From the IMG/VR virus record IMGVR_UViG_3300030099_006908, positions 1-64,000 of that record: a stretch of 64,000 nt of DNA. One strand, given 5' to 3'. The notes below the pieces were generated by a model. The model saw only the letters and a list, made by a program, of their open reading frames with translations, ran no database searches and was not told the DNA's origin. This DNA is from a virus. The position numbers and the translations under genes were made by a program. Of this stretch, positions 6,364 through 15,578 are shown piece by piece (the stretch's first letter is position 1; every line of letters begins with the position of its first letter).

Positions 6364-6804
6364 ATGCTTGTTGACATAGCCAAATACAAAATGCAGAATT
6401 GCGATTTGAATGAGGCTAAGAAGGGCCAAACTGCTCATTATGTGGAATTAAATCCCATGTGGGCAGTAAAGTTCTTCGAGCATAAAGAGGACAGGGACCA
6501 CACATATCGCCTACAGAAGTATGCAAGTGAATCATTCGCGGCACCTCCTGTGGGCGAGGTTCTTGTTGTCACTAGACAGAATAAGATAGGTCTAAGCACT
6601 ACATTTTGGGGATACATAACTGGTGTAGCAAAGGTTGACAAAGACATTTCTTCTGATAAAATGAAAGAGTTGTCCGACAAGCTACTCAGCATCGGAATCA
6701 AGTGGAACGATAAGCGCAGAGCAAACTGCGGTTACTACAACGGTAAATTAGTTTGCATAGACTTTGACTGTGAGGTTATAGAACATGAACATATTTTACC
6801 TTGA
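6364..6804 (+). CDS. minimal protein-kinase-like protein
   Basis: AVK, AAPPV, catalytic-loop-like WNDKRRANCG and LVCIDFD. Confidence 0.65.
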   Translation: MLVDIAKYKMQNCDLNEAKKGQTAHYVELNPMWAVKFFEHKEDRDHTYRLQKYASESFAAPPVGEVLVVTRQNKIGLSTTFWGYITGVAKVDKDISSDKMKELSDKLLSIGIKWNDKRRANCGYYNGKLVCIDFDCEVIEHEHILP

Positions 6805-7273
6805 CCATGACCAGACTACTTGTGCAAAGTATCACAATGACAAGCATTGTGTCAAAATGATATTAGAGTACGCACAGTTGCTATGTACGGCACACAGAGA
6901 ACTAGACGGTGACGATTGTATGCACCCTGATGTACTCTACAAAGCAACGCACAAGAATCATCCATCAGCAGTGTGGGCAAGAGCATCAAGCAGAAATTAT
7001 CTTTGGCTATACTACCTATGGAGAGAGTTGTGCAAAGAATACACATATAGATATGGCAGGGAACACGCATCATGGACTAAGCTAGGCTACCTTATGGCTC
7101 GTGTTCCAGAGAACATTGATGTAATGCCAGAGTTTACGCCTCCTACACCAGCGATGCCAGATGAGTGCAAGATTGGCCCAACATCGCTAGAGAGTTATAG
7201 GCACTACTATAATACAGAAAAAAGACATTTAGCAACATGGAAAAAACGTCCAGTTCCGGTATGGTATGACTAA
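6785..7273 (+). CDS. pyrimidine-dimer DNA glycosylase-like protein (DenV/endonuclease V superfamily)
   Basis: MNIFYLD, DKHCVKMILEYAQLLCTAH and YKATHKNHPSAVW signature. Confidence 0.8.
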   Translation: MNIFYLDHDQTTCAKYHNDKHCVKMILEYAQLLCTAHRELDGDDCMHPDVLYKATHKNHPSAVWARASSRNYLWLYYLWRELCKEYTYRYGREHASWTKLGYLMARVPENIDVMPEFTPPTPAMPDECKIGPTSLESYRHYYNTEKRHLATWKKRPVPVWYD

Positions 7274-7718
7274 AATATGGGGAATCGGTCTACCAAGGAC
7301 CGGAACAACGTCACTGGCAGAGGCACTAAATCTGCTAGGTTTTAAGACAACGCACTACTGTAAGCTACAGAGTGGAGACTCGTATCTTTCAGACATATTA
7401 GAGCAGTCCATTGAAAACGATGCGGTTGTAAACAATCACTTATGCGATTTTTATAAAAGAATATACGCATTAGAGCAGATGGATGAACAAATTGGTTTAT
7501 ATGTAGTAACATATCGTTTAGATAAGTATGTATTAGACAATTTGAATTATTTGGCAGAAACCTATTCTTTCTTTGAGGAAAGAGGTATGATTGACCACTT
7601 ATTATTATTAGACTCAAATTCTCAAGAAAAAGAAAAATGGAGTAAACTGTCTCATTTCTTAGGAAAAGACACGCCATCATACCCATTCCCCCACCTTAAT
7701 AAAGGATGCGGAATTTGA
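7266..7718 (+). CDS. sulfotransferase family protein
   Basis: PAPS-binding GIGLPRTGTTSLAEAL; C-terminal W..L..FLG...P..PFPHLN. Confidence 0.8.
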   Translation: MTKIWGIGLPRTGTTSLAEALNLLGFKTTHYCKLQSGDSYLSDILEQSIENDAVVNNHLCDFYKRIYALEQMDEQIGLYVVTYRLDKYVLDNLNYLAETYSFFEERGMIDHLLLLDSNSQEKEKWSKLSHFLGKDTPSYPFPHLNKGCGI

Positions 7719-7726
7719 ATCATAGT

Positions 7727-7897
7727 ATGTCTACTTTAAAATACGTGCAATTTCTAATTAAAGAAGGAAAGCTACAGGAGGCAGCGGAAGCAGCAGAGGA
7801 TTCTGGAAAATACAGTGAGGACGAGGCCAAATCGTTTATACTCCAGAATGAAAGCGAATTGCGAAATGACAGAGAAACACAAAGGTCCGATAATTGA
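7727..7897 (+). CDS. hypothetical protein
   Basis: Short ORF in operon. Confidence 0.5.
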   Translation: MSTLKYVQFLIKEGKLQEAAEAAEDSGKYSEDEAKSFILQNESELRNDRETQRSDN

Positions 7898-8057
7898 CCC
7901 AAAATCTTTTTATGACCCATATAAAGAAAACGACCCTAGACCAAGGATTATCGTGGAAAAGAAAAGGACACAATCAGAAGTTATGATAAACTACTTGACA
8001 ATTATTACCTCACTAATTACAATAGCGGCAGCTATCAAATATCTGTTGTTTAGCTGA
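7866..8057 (+). CDS. small protein with C-terminal TM segment
   Basis: Hydrophobic C-terminus. Confidence 0.55.
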   Translation: MTEKHKGPIIDPKSFYDPYKENDPRPRIIVEKKRTQSEVMINYLTIITSLITIAAAIKYLLFS

Positions 8058-8104
8058 ATAAAAAAAGAATTTGAAAAGAAATTTGATATTTGATAAAGAA
8101 ACAT

Positions 8105-8132
8105 TTGACAAGTGCCGATAATCATTTATAAT
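8105..8132 (+). promoter_or_regulatory. sigma70-type promoter with CGATAA spacer motif
   Basis: TTGACA-AGTGCCGATAATCATT-TATAAT; 26/28 identical to 5632-5659. Confidence 0.85.
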
Positions 8133-8181
8133 GGTGGCATGACATTTAGTTTTTAGGATTGGTTTTCAAAAGGGAGAGAAT

Positions 8182-10431
8182 ATGAAAATCGCACAGGATT
8201 ACGGTAAGACTAGGACAAACGGGGCAGTGGTAAAAGGTTCGTTCACTATGGACGAATCACCAGAGGCGTTCGAGATTCTTTCGGACGGTCTTTATCCAAA
8301 CAAAATCAAAGCGGTTGTGCGTGAGCTATCCACAAACGCTGTAGAGTCTCATATCACCAGACATAAACAACTTACTGGTGAAGAAATTACGCAAGAGGTC
8401 ATTGACTCTCTGCCACAGTTTGAGATTCATCTTCCGACGACTATGGAACCTCATTTCTCTATACGAGATTTTGGTACGGGTCTCAGCCACGACGACATTA
8501 TGAATATGTACACAACGTATTTTCGTTCTACCAAGCGAGATACGAATGATGTTGGAGGATGTTTGGGCCTTGGCTCCAAGTCTCCCTTTGCATACTCTGA
8601 TAACTTCAGCGTAGTTAGCGTTTACAAAGGACGCAAGACCTGTTACAATCTGACGATTGACAATGGGTATCCTACTCCATCATTTTTCGCCAATGAAGAT
8701 GGTAGTCCGGTATCTGAGGAAACAAGCGAACCGGATGGTCTGCTCATTACCATACCATGCAAGTCCTCTGACGAGTATGAATGGGAGAATGAGGCACAGA
8801 TAGTCTACAAATACTTCCGCATCAAGCCGAAGTTTATCGGCAAGCAAGTACATATTCATTCTCCAGAATATCTGGTAGAGGGTAATGGTTGGGGTATTCG
8901 AGAACGTGACCACAAAGGTCCGCGAGCTATCATGGGTAGCATCGCATACCCCATCAGTCGCAGTTCGATTAAATGTTGGGATGATACCGACAAAAAAGAT
9001 TCTAGTCTTGAGTCTATACTGCGAGCAGACATTGACTTGTACTTTCCACTTGGAGTATTAAAGATTACTCCTAGTCGTGAGGCACTTGGCTACAAACCGT
9101 CTACCCAGAAGAACATCAAGGCTAAGTTGACCTCTGTGTATGACGAATTAAAGCAGCAGGTCAGTACGTCTTTCGATGAGTGCAAGAGTCTATGGGAGAC
9201 TCGATGCCTCGCCAATGAGTTATTCTACATGGGTAATGCCGCGCTACGTTCTGTAGACAACGTATTCGATGTTGCTGCTGTTAAATGGAATGACAAAGAG
9301 ATTGGTGGGCGTGACGTTAATCTGAGAGATTTCCGTGGCGAGGTACACAGATTTTATCTTAAATCCTACTATAGTCAGGAGGATAAGTGTTTCCATCAGA
9401 GGGACTTCACATATCTCACCGCAAATCCAGAGATTGCGTTTATCGAGGCAGATTTGAGTGTGGGTAACTTTGCCAGGGCGAAACATGCCGTAAAGTCTGG
9501 AAAATATACAGAGGTAGTTGTTCTGGAGTGTAATGCTGGAAAAGGCAGACGAAAGGCTTTATTAGACAAGATAGGGATTCTAGAGTCTGATATTGTGAAG
9601 GCCTCTGACCTTGAGCGTCCACCGAAACGTCCGAAGAACAGCGGTGGGGGATTTAGTTCTGGTAAGACTGGTCAACTGTTTGAGATGATTACCAGGACAA
9701 GTAGTGGTTACAATAAGAATGACTACTGGAAAGAACAAACCGTAGACCTAAGTAAAGGCGGCATATATGTTGAAATGACAAGATGGGATGCCAAGGACGA
9801 TACTGGCGAGCTTCTTGCACCAGAAGAAGTAGCAATAGGTGTTAAGAAACTCGAAAAGTGTACCGGCAAAAAAGTCACTGTCTATGGTTGTCGTAGTCAA
9901 ATGGCAAAAGATTTTATCGAGGCAGATAATTGGGAGGACTGGTGGACATACTCTCAGCGTGAAGGCGAGAAGGTCTTTAAGACTAAAAACGCCAAACATG
10001 CTCAGATTGCATCGGTAATCCACAATCTTGGTCAAGAACACCTGATAAGAGACTTAATTGACAGTGTAAATCTCAACAGAGGGGTTCCTAGCCCGATGGT
10101 TGATTTGCTCAAGGACTTCAAGAAGATGGATGAGTCAATCAAGATTCTTGAAAAGCAGGGAGTGTTTTGGAGTGAGATTGTTGCTCTGTCCGAGATTCTG
10201 AACATCAAGATGCCGTCCTTGCCTGAGAGAATGAATCTCAAGTCTAGGTGCGAGTCTATCTTGAAAGAATATCCAACGGTGGTAGCGGTGCATGAGGCAA
10301 GCGGTCGATACTACTACGGTAAAAGCTGGCAGGGTGAGATGCTCAGAAGCGAAAACTGCAAGAAGATGATGGGTGACTACGTTAAGCTGGTTGACGACAA
10401 TCGAGAATGTCAGAAGGGCTTGACAAAGTAG
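8182..10431 (+). CDS. rIIA: RIIA-like protein (GHKL ATPase N-terminal domain)
   Basis: LY.NKIKAVVRELSTNA, IRDFGTGL, GCLGLGSKSPFAY, PSREAL; adjacent to rIIB. Confidence 0.9.
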   Translation: MKIAQDYGKTRTNGAVVKGSFTMDESPEAFEILSDGLYPNKIKAVVRELSTNAVESHITRHKQLTGEEITQEVIDSLPQFEIHLPTTMEPHFSIRDFGTGLSHDDIMNMYTTYFRSTKRDTNDVGGCLGLGSKSPFAYSDNFSVVSVYKGRKTCYNLTIDNGYPTPSFFANEDGSPVSEETSEPDGLLITIPCKSSDEYEWENEAQIVYKYFRIKPKFIGKQVHIHSPEYLVEGNGWGIRERDHKGPRAIMGSIAYPISRSSIKCWDDTDKKDSSLESILRADIDLYFPLGVLKITPSREALGYKPSTQKNIKAKLTSVYDELKQQVSTSFDECKSLWETRCLANELFYMGNAALRSVDNVFDVAAVKWNDKEIGGRDVNLRDFRGEVHRFYLKSYYSQEDKCFHQRDFTYLTANPEIAFIEADLSVGNFARAKHAVKSGKYTEVVVLECNAGKGRRKALLDKIGILESDIVKASDLERPPKRPKNSGGGFSSGKTGQLFEMITRTSSGYNKNDYWKEQTVDLSKGGIYVEMTRWDAKDDTGELLAPEEVAIGVKKLEKCTGKKVTVYGCRSQMAKDFIEADNWEDWWTYSQREGEKVFKTKNAKHAQIASVIHNLGQEHLIRDLIDSVNLNRGVPSPMVDLLKDFKKMDESIKILEKQGVFWSEIVALSEILNIKMPSLPERMNLKSRCESILKEYPTVVAVHEASGRYYYGKSWQGEMLRSENCKKMMGDYVKLVDDNRECQKGLTK

Positions 10432-10496
10432 AATAGTCTAATATAATATAGAGTTAGCGTAAAGTATTAACATTTTTTATGAGGGAGATTTAGGAT

Positions 10497-11348
10497 ATGT
10501 TGAATTACATTTGTTCAGCGAACGGAAACATCACCATCTCGTTTGATGGTCAAGTCAAGTGTGTAGCGAATGACCATGCGAATTATCGCAAGGTGGTCGA
10601 GGCACTAAAGAAGAATGACAAGGAGGCTCTCGGTGAGGCTCTGAACATTCAGAAGGCAGTCACACGGTACATCGGGTCTAGCGATGTAGAGGTCAAAGAT
10701 GGGTGCGTCTTTTATCGAGGCGAGCAAGTCAGAGGCTATGTTGTAGACCGGATTCTCGCCCAGATGCGAGCAGGGTTCGGATACGAGCCAATGTGTGCGT
10801 TTCTTGAGAATATGCACGACAATCCTTCACCAGCATCGGTGGAGCAGTTATTCAAGTTTCTTGAGGACAATGGTCTTGTTCTCACAGATGATGGATGTTT
10901 CCTCGCCTACAAATATGTAGATAAGGGCGAAGATGGAAAGTTCTATGCTAATTGGGCAAACAAGGATGGTACTCACAACGAGTCCGGTCCTGGCTCAGTA
11001 GTTCGTATGCCACGGTCTGAGGTCGAGCATAACCCTGCAAAGAGTTGCGCTCCTGGACTTCACGTTGGCAGCATGGAATATGTCCAAAACAGACAGTGGG
11101 TGATGACCTGCAAGGTCAATCCCAAGCATGTGGTCAGCGTTCCCGACCATGAGTCTGGCAAGATGCGTACTTGTCAGTATGAAGTAATCGAGGTCAATGA
11201 GAATAAAGAGGCCAAACAAGGTCTTATCTACTCAAATGACCTTGGACGTAGCGAACACGCTCCCGATGTTGATTACGAAACTAATGACCATTGGGATTAT
11301 GATGGTGACGACTACGATGATTACTGGGACGACGACTTAGACTACTAA
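10497..11348 (+). CDS. rIIB: RIIB-like protein
   Basis: FLEN...NPS, DGCFLAYK, CAPGLHVG, KVNPKHVVSVP, KMRTCQY. Confidence 0.9.
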   Translation: MLNYICSANGNITISFDGQVKCVANDHANYRKVVEALKKNDKEALGEALNIQKAVTRYIGSSDVEVKDGCVFYRGEQVRGYVVDRILAQMRAGFGYEPMCAFLENMHDNPSPASVEQLFKFLEDNGLVLTDDGCFLAYKYVDKGEDGKFYANWANKDGTHNESGPGSVVRMPRSEVEHNPAKSCAPGLHVGSMEYVQNRQWVMTCKVNPKHVVSVPDHESGKMRTCQYEVIEVNENKEAKQGLIYSNDLGRSEHAPDVDYETNDHWDYDGDDYDDYWDDDLDY

Positions 11349-11364
11349 ACGAATCTCTCCCTCT

Positions 11365-11409
11365 GGGTTGGGGGAAGTCTTACGGGACTTACCCCTTCCC
11401 TATTTTTTT
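11365..11409 (+). terminator. Rho-independent terminator
   Basis: GC-rich hairpin plus T-tract after rIIB. Confidence 0.7.
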
Positions 11410-11424
11410 ATTAAGGAAACAACC

Positions 11425-11793
11425 ATGCCAAGACCAATGAAAAAACATAAATACTATGTCAAGTGCGGTCAGCTAGAGAAGTGGGTGATTGCATACGACG
11501 AAGTAAACGCAGCGGTAGTCACGCTGATGAACGCGCCTGGGGAAACTATGCTTGACCCCTACTATTTCTTTGTCAGCAAAGACTACCACGCAGACATTGA
11601 GGACAGATACTTTCAAGACAATCCGATGAAGAAAGAGGATTTGAAGGATGTACACATTATTCAGACAGATGATGTTCTTGAAATGTGTAACATGATTACT
11701 GAGGAATCTGCTGACGAGTTCTATCTTAAAGATATGAACAACGAGGACGATGATAGTGGTTGGCCTGACGATAGGTCAAATGAAGAATTTTAA
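11425..11793 (+). CDS. hypothetical acidic protein
   Basis: AAGGA SD before ATG 11425. Confidence 0.75.
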   Translation: MPRPMKKHKYYVKCGQLEKWVIAYDEVNAAVVTLMNAPGETMLDPYYFFVSKDYHADIEDRYFQDNPMKKEDLKDVHIIQTDDVLEMCNMITEESADEFYLKDMNNEDDDSGWPDDRSNEEF

Positions 11794-11803
11794 CCAAGGA
11801 AGG

Positions 11804-12148
11804 ATGAATATGAAACGTATTCTACTTATTATGTCTTTGGCGATTGCAGGTCTGTCATTTAGTCAGACCGCACAAGCGTTCGGAGACAGAGAAGTGGAGG
11901 TTACTAAGGAATACATCGTAGACGAATGTGGATGCGTTGTAGGTCGTAGGGTAACGAGAGTTGTGACAGTCGCAAGGCCGCGACCGCTACGCTCCCTATG
12001 TGAGTGTGTCGAGGGTACAGTTGAATGTATCTGTCGGCCGCTTCGACGTTGCTGCTGCGAAAGGACGAGAACAGTCGTAGTCAAAAAGAGTTGTTGTCGG
12101 CCCCCTAGACGACAAGTCTGGCGAGCCTGCGATTGTGGTTGCAAGTAA
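11804..12148 (+). CDS. secreted Cys/Arg-rich protein
   Basis: Signal peptide ending AQA; 14 Cys in CxC/CC clusters. Confidence 0.75.
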   Translation: MNMKRILLIMSLAIAGLSFSQTAQAFGDREVEVTKEYIVDECGCVVGRRVTRVVTVARPRPLRSLCECVEGTVECICRPLRRCCCERTRTVVVKKSCCRPPRRQVWRACDCGCK

Positions 12149-12161
12149 TCTTTGCTTATTT

Positions 12162-12196
12162 GGGAGAGTAAGCCATTGTGCTTCTCTCCCTTTTTT
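12162..12196 (+). terminator. Rho-independent terminator
   Basis: GGGAGAG/CTCTCCC stem plus T6. Confidence 0.8.
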
Positions 12197-12211
12197 AATT
12201 AAGGAAACAAA

Positions 12212-12310
12212 ATGACTACACTCTTTCTATCGCTTACAACAGTTGTAATAATGTGTTTTATATTTGCCATTTATAGCTTGGCTGATACCAACAATCGTAC
12301 TAAAGATTGA
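12212..12310 (+). CDS. small membrane peptide
   Basis: AAGGA SD; one TM segment. Confidence 0.5.
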   Translation: MTTLFLSLTTVVIMCFIFAIYSLADTNNRTKD

Positions 12311-12325
12311 TAAGAAAGGAGTCTT

Positions 12326-12847
12326 ATGAATAGTTTTGTCGTAGCTAATATAGCTGCGTTAGTAGTCTGGGTGATGACGGGAACTGGTCAAATTGAACCG
12401 ATAAGAGTTAAATATCCTTTAGGGATAAATAAAGTCTTTCTGCTAAAGAATCACATAACAATTAAAAAGATGCGTAGGCAGAGCAATATCATACGTCAGG
12501 ATGCGGGAAAACCAGCACAGCAGTTAGACGAATCGCTGTGCAAGGCCGCACAAGGACACGCAGAGTATATGGCAGAACATGGAAATATGTCTCACTATAT
12601 CAACGGCACTCCTACTAGTCGAGCGAAAGACGCTGGCTGGAAGGGCGGGTTTGTCACAGAGAATATAGCTTGCGGTCAAAGAAGTATCAAAAGCGTGTTT
12701 AGTGTATGGAGAAATTCTGGAGGTCATTACGCCAACATGACTGGAAGATATGACAGGTGTGGTTTTGGAATGTCAAGACAAGGCAACATGATTTACTGGT
12801 GTGCCGTATATGCTAGGTCAATACCTTCACTTGACAAAAAGAAATAG
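12326..12847 (+). CDS. CAP/SCP-domain protein
   Basis: L.KAAQ.HAEYMA, SH, ENIA.GQ, W.NS.GH.ANM, YWCAVY. Confidence 0.9.
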   Translation: MNSFVVANIAALVVWVMTGTGQIEPIRVKYPLGINKVFLLKNHITIKKMRRQSNIIRQDAGKPAQQLDESLCKAAQGHAEYMAEHGNMSHYINGTPTSRAKDAGWKGGFVTENIACGQRSIKSVFSVWRNSGGHYANMTGRYDRCGFGMSRQGNMIYWCAVYARSIPSLDKKK

Positions 12848-12858
12848 TCTGGTATAAT
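12831..12858 (+). promoter_or_regulatory. sigma70-type promoter
   Basis: TTGACA-N16-TATAAT overlapping the CAP stop codon. Confidence 0.8.
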
Positions 12859-12862
12859 AGGC

Positions 12863-13090
12863 TTGGTAGAAAATTTGGAATCAGAATTAGTCAACTCGAT
12901 AAGACTCACCAGAGAATCAACAGATTCTTGGATGACTGTAATATCCCCTGTTGGACTGTCTCAAGACTTTTGGGACGAGTGGGTTGCTGAGAAGTTGCCT
13001 GGATGGGAAGTGGTTGGATGGGGCGACGATTTTGATGGCGAACACCGAAGGCTTGGCTATCCAGAAGGAATCGGGCCTGATGAAAATTGA
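12863..13090 (+). CDS. hypothetical protein
   Basis: ORF directly after the promoter; start uncertain. Confidence 0.55.
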   Translation: MVENLESELVNSIRLTRESTDSWMTVISPVGLSQDFWDEWVAEKLPGWEVVGWGDDFDGEHRRLGYPEGIGPDEN

Positions 13091-13102
13091 GGGAGTAAAA
13101 AC

Positions 13103-13498
13103 ATGAAGGGACAAAAAACCTGCGCAAAGTGTCAGACAAAGGCTGGGCCACGCACAAAGATTTGCAAGAAGTGCGGAGAGCATTTCGTATTCAAATTCAG
13201 GGGCCGCAAAGTCAAGACTAACGAGTTGAAAGACTGGAAGTCTCTTAAAAGAGGCGATGTAGTCAAATCAATCCAGGGGTATGGACCGTACTGGATTAAC
13301 GAGGACGGAGAAAGAGAGTCTCTTGGCTATTATGGTCTGTTCAAAGTTAGATATGTGGAGAAGGATGGAATAGGTGCGTATCCATACGGAGCCAAGCAGA
13401 GGCATGGAGGATTTCACTTTCTGTACATGGGCAAAGAGAAAGAGTCCATAACAGGAGGAATAAGTCGCTCACATAAACTGGAGTTAGTTAAACAATGA
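13103..13498 (+). CDS. zinc-ribbon protein
   Basis: CAKC...CKKC at N-terminus. Confidence 0.75.
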   Translation: MKGQKTCAKCQTKAGPRTKICKKCGEHFVFKFRGRKVKTNELKDWKSLKRGDVVKSIQGYGPYWINEDGERESLGYYGLFKVRYVEKDGIGAYPYGAKQRHGGFHFLYMGKEKESITGGISRSHKLELVKQ

Positions 13499-13929
13499 TT
13501 AAGCCTAAATCAGTTGAAATATACCCTGTTTACATTTGCAGTGAGTGCGGTTGTAGGCATTGTGAAACCATAGATTATGTAAAAAAGATTGGGAAAATAC
13601 TATGCGCCTGTGGTCAAGTTATGGAGTTGGCACCATTAGAGACTTTTAATGTCACGCCTGTATTCAAATCGAATAAAAGAAATATAGCGACTACAAAAAA
13701 GACGGTCGATACAAACTCTAAAAATCAAGAAAATAATGTTTATAAGATAATAGAGAAAAATATTTACGACGAGGCTGTTGAATTGTTAGTTTCCCTTGGC
13801 TGCAAAAAGAAAGAAGCTAAAACTAGAGTTGACAATTCACTTAACGAGTGGATAAAATCAAATTACGGGGTTTCGATACAACGTGAAAACTTTGATGAAT
13901 TTGCAAACACTTTAATCTTTAATTTTTAA
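13495..13929 (+). CDS. zinc-finger protein with RuvA-C-like helical tail
   Basis: CSEC...CAC; EAVELLVSLG.KKKEA. Confidence 0.65.
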   Translation: MIKPKSVEIYPVYICSECGCRHCETIDYVKKIGKILCACGQVMELAPLETFNVTPVFKSNKRNIATTKKTVDTNSKNQENNVYKIIEKNIYDEAVELLVSLGCKKKEAKTRVDNSLNEWIKSNYGVSIQRENFDEFANTLIFNF

Positions 13930-13938
13930 AGCATAAAC

Positions 13939-14079
13939 ATGACAAGCATGAAACTGTGGATAATTTTTTGTGGGGTTTCTGGACTGTTGACGGGTCTATG
14001 GCAAATTCGTGAAGCCAAGAAAAACCCAACTATGATTGAGGAAGAAGAAAGGGTCAAATCTTTCTTTGATGTAATATGA
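13939..14079 (+). CDS. small membrane protein
   Basis: 46-aa ORF; ATGA overlap with guaC. Confidence 0.5.
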   Translation: MTSMKLWIIFCGVSGLLTGLWQIREAKKNPTMIEEEERVKSFFDVI

Positions 14080-15209
14080 ACATATCACAAGATACAAAAC
14101 TAGACTTCTCAGACGTTCTATTAACTCCCGCATGGTCTATCAATGCGTCTAGGTCTGATGTAAACATGAGGCGTGAGTTTGATGGGTTCTATCATTCCAA
14201 CAGAAATTGGAGTGGTTTACCCGTTATGATTGCGAACATGGATACGACTGGAACACTTGCAATGTGGGAGCATGTAGCGGGCTGGGATTCTATAGTTTGT
14301 TTTGACAAACGAAAAAGTCTGGACTACTGGAAGGAACTGCTTACAGACAGGTATGTAAGCGAGGCCCCAGCTTTTCAAAAAGAGCTTATGAATACAGCGT
14401 GGGTAAGTACAGGTATAACTGAAGCAGATATGCTTAATCTAAAAAGCATAAAGGAACTATGCGAGTACAAGGGGGATTTTGACCCACAAAGCAGAAGGAT
14501 TCCCCCTGTACAACCAAGCATCTGCATAGACGTTGCCAACGGATACTCTCAATACTTTGTCGAGAAGGTCGAGTGCATTCGTAAGCTGTTCCCAGAATCA
14601 ATAATTATGGCTGGAAACGTAGTCACACCAGAGATGGTATTAAAACTAATTCATGCTGGTGCAGATATAGTCAAGATAGGTATAGGCCCAGGAAGTGTTT
14701 GTACCACCAGATTAAAGACTGGCGTTGGCTATCCTCAATTCTCTGCCATTGTCGAGTGCGCCAATGCTGCACATGGAATTAAGAATCCAGAAAACGGTAG
14801 GGTTGGGAGAATATGCGCTGATGGAGGATGCACCTCAACAGGAGATATATGCAAGGCTCTTGGGGCTGGAGCAGACTTTGTAATGATTGGAGGGATGGTT
14901 GCTGGAACCGACCAGTGCAACGGAAAATGGAGTACAGACGTAGCTGTAGGCAAAAAAGTATTTCAGTTTTATGGAATGTCGTCTTATGAGGCCCAAGACA
15001 AATATGACAGCAGAAAGAAACAGAGGACAAGTGAGGGAAAGCTGGTGGAGATTCCGGCGAAGGGGTGCGTAGAAAATGTCATGCAAGATATAGTTGGTGG
15101 AATAAGAAGTTGTTGTGCGTACATCGGAGCTACGAGTATAAAAGATATTCACCGATGCGCAAATTTTGTTCGAGTTAATAATACACATAATAAAATTTTT
15201 GGAGGTTGA
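14076..15209 (+). CDS. guaC: GMP reductase (IMPDH/GMPR family)
   Basis: KLDFSDVLL, ANMDT, CIDVANGYS, KIGIGPGSVCTTR, ADGG, FYGMSS, SEGK; no CBS domains. Confidence 0.92.
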   Translation: MNISQDTKLDFSDVLLTPAWSINASRSDVNMRREFDGFYHSNRNWSGLPVMIANMDTTGTLAMWEHVAGWDSIVCFDKRKSLDYWKELLTDRYVSEAPAFQKELMNTAWVSTGITEADMLNLKSIKELCEYKGDFDPQSRRIPPVQPSICIDVANGYSQYFVEKVECIRKLFPESIIMAGNVVTPEMVLKLIHAGADIVKIGIGPGSVCTTRLKTGVGYPQFSAIVECANAAHGIKNPENGRVGRICADGGCTSTGDICKALGAGADFVMIGGMVAGTDQCNGKWSTDVAVGKKVFQFYGMSSYEAQDKYDSRKKQRTSEGKLVEIPAKGCVENVMQDIVGGIRSCCAYIGATSIKDIHRCANFVRVNNTHNKIFGG

Positions 15210-15210
15210 T

Positions 15211-15570
15211 ATGGGATGTTGTGGAGGTGGAGCAGAAACGGCCACTCTACAGGCTTATCAGGAGATTTCTGAGCAGACCGCTATTTACCCAAACAAGGGA
15301 AACAATATGTCTTATCCCACACTTGGATTGTGTGGTGAAGCCGGAGAGATTGCAAACAAGGTAAAGAAGATTTATCGTGACCATGACGGGGTTCTTACTG
15401 ATGAGTACAGGGAGATTCTCTCCGCTGAACTCGGTGATGTTCTGTGGTATGTCGCAGCCATTGCGTCCGAGTTGGGTGTTAGCCTTGGTGAAGTAGCTTT
15501 GAGTAATGTAGATAAGCTGAGTGACCGTAAGATGCGAAATAAGTTGAGCGGCGACGGCGACAAAAGGTAG
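15211..15570 (+). CDS. mazG: MazG-like nucleotide pyrophosphohydrolase
   Basis: GEAGEIANKVKK...ELGDVLWY...N..KL.DR. Confidence 0.9.
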   Translation: MGCCGGGAETATLQAYQEISEQTAIYPNKGNNMSYPTLGLCGEAGEIANKVKKIYRDHDGVLTDEYREILSAELGDVLWYVAAIASELGVSLGEVALSNVDKLSDRKMRNKLSGDGDKR

Positions 15571-15578
15571 TTTTTGAC

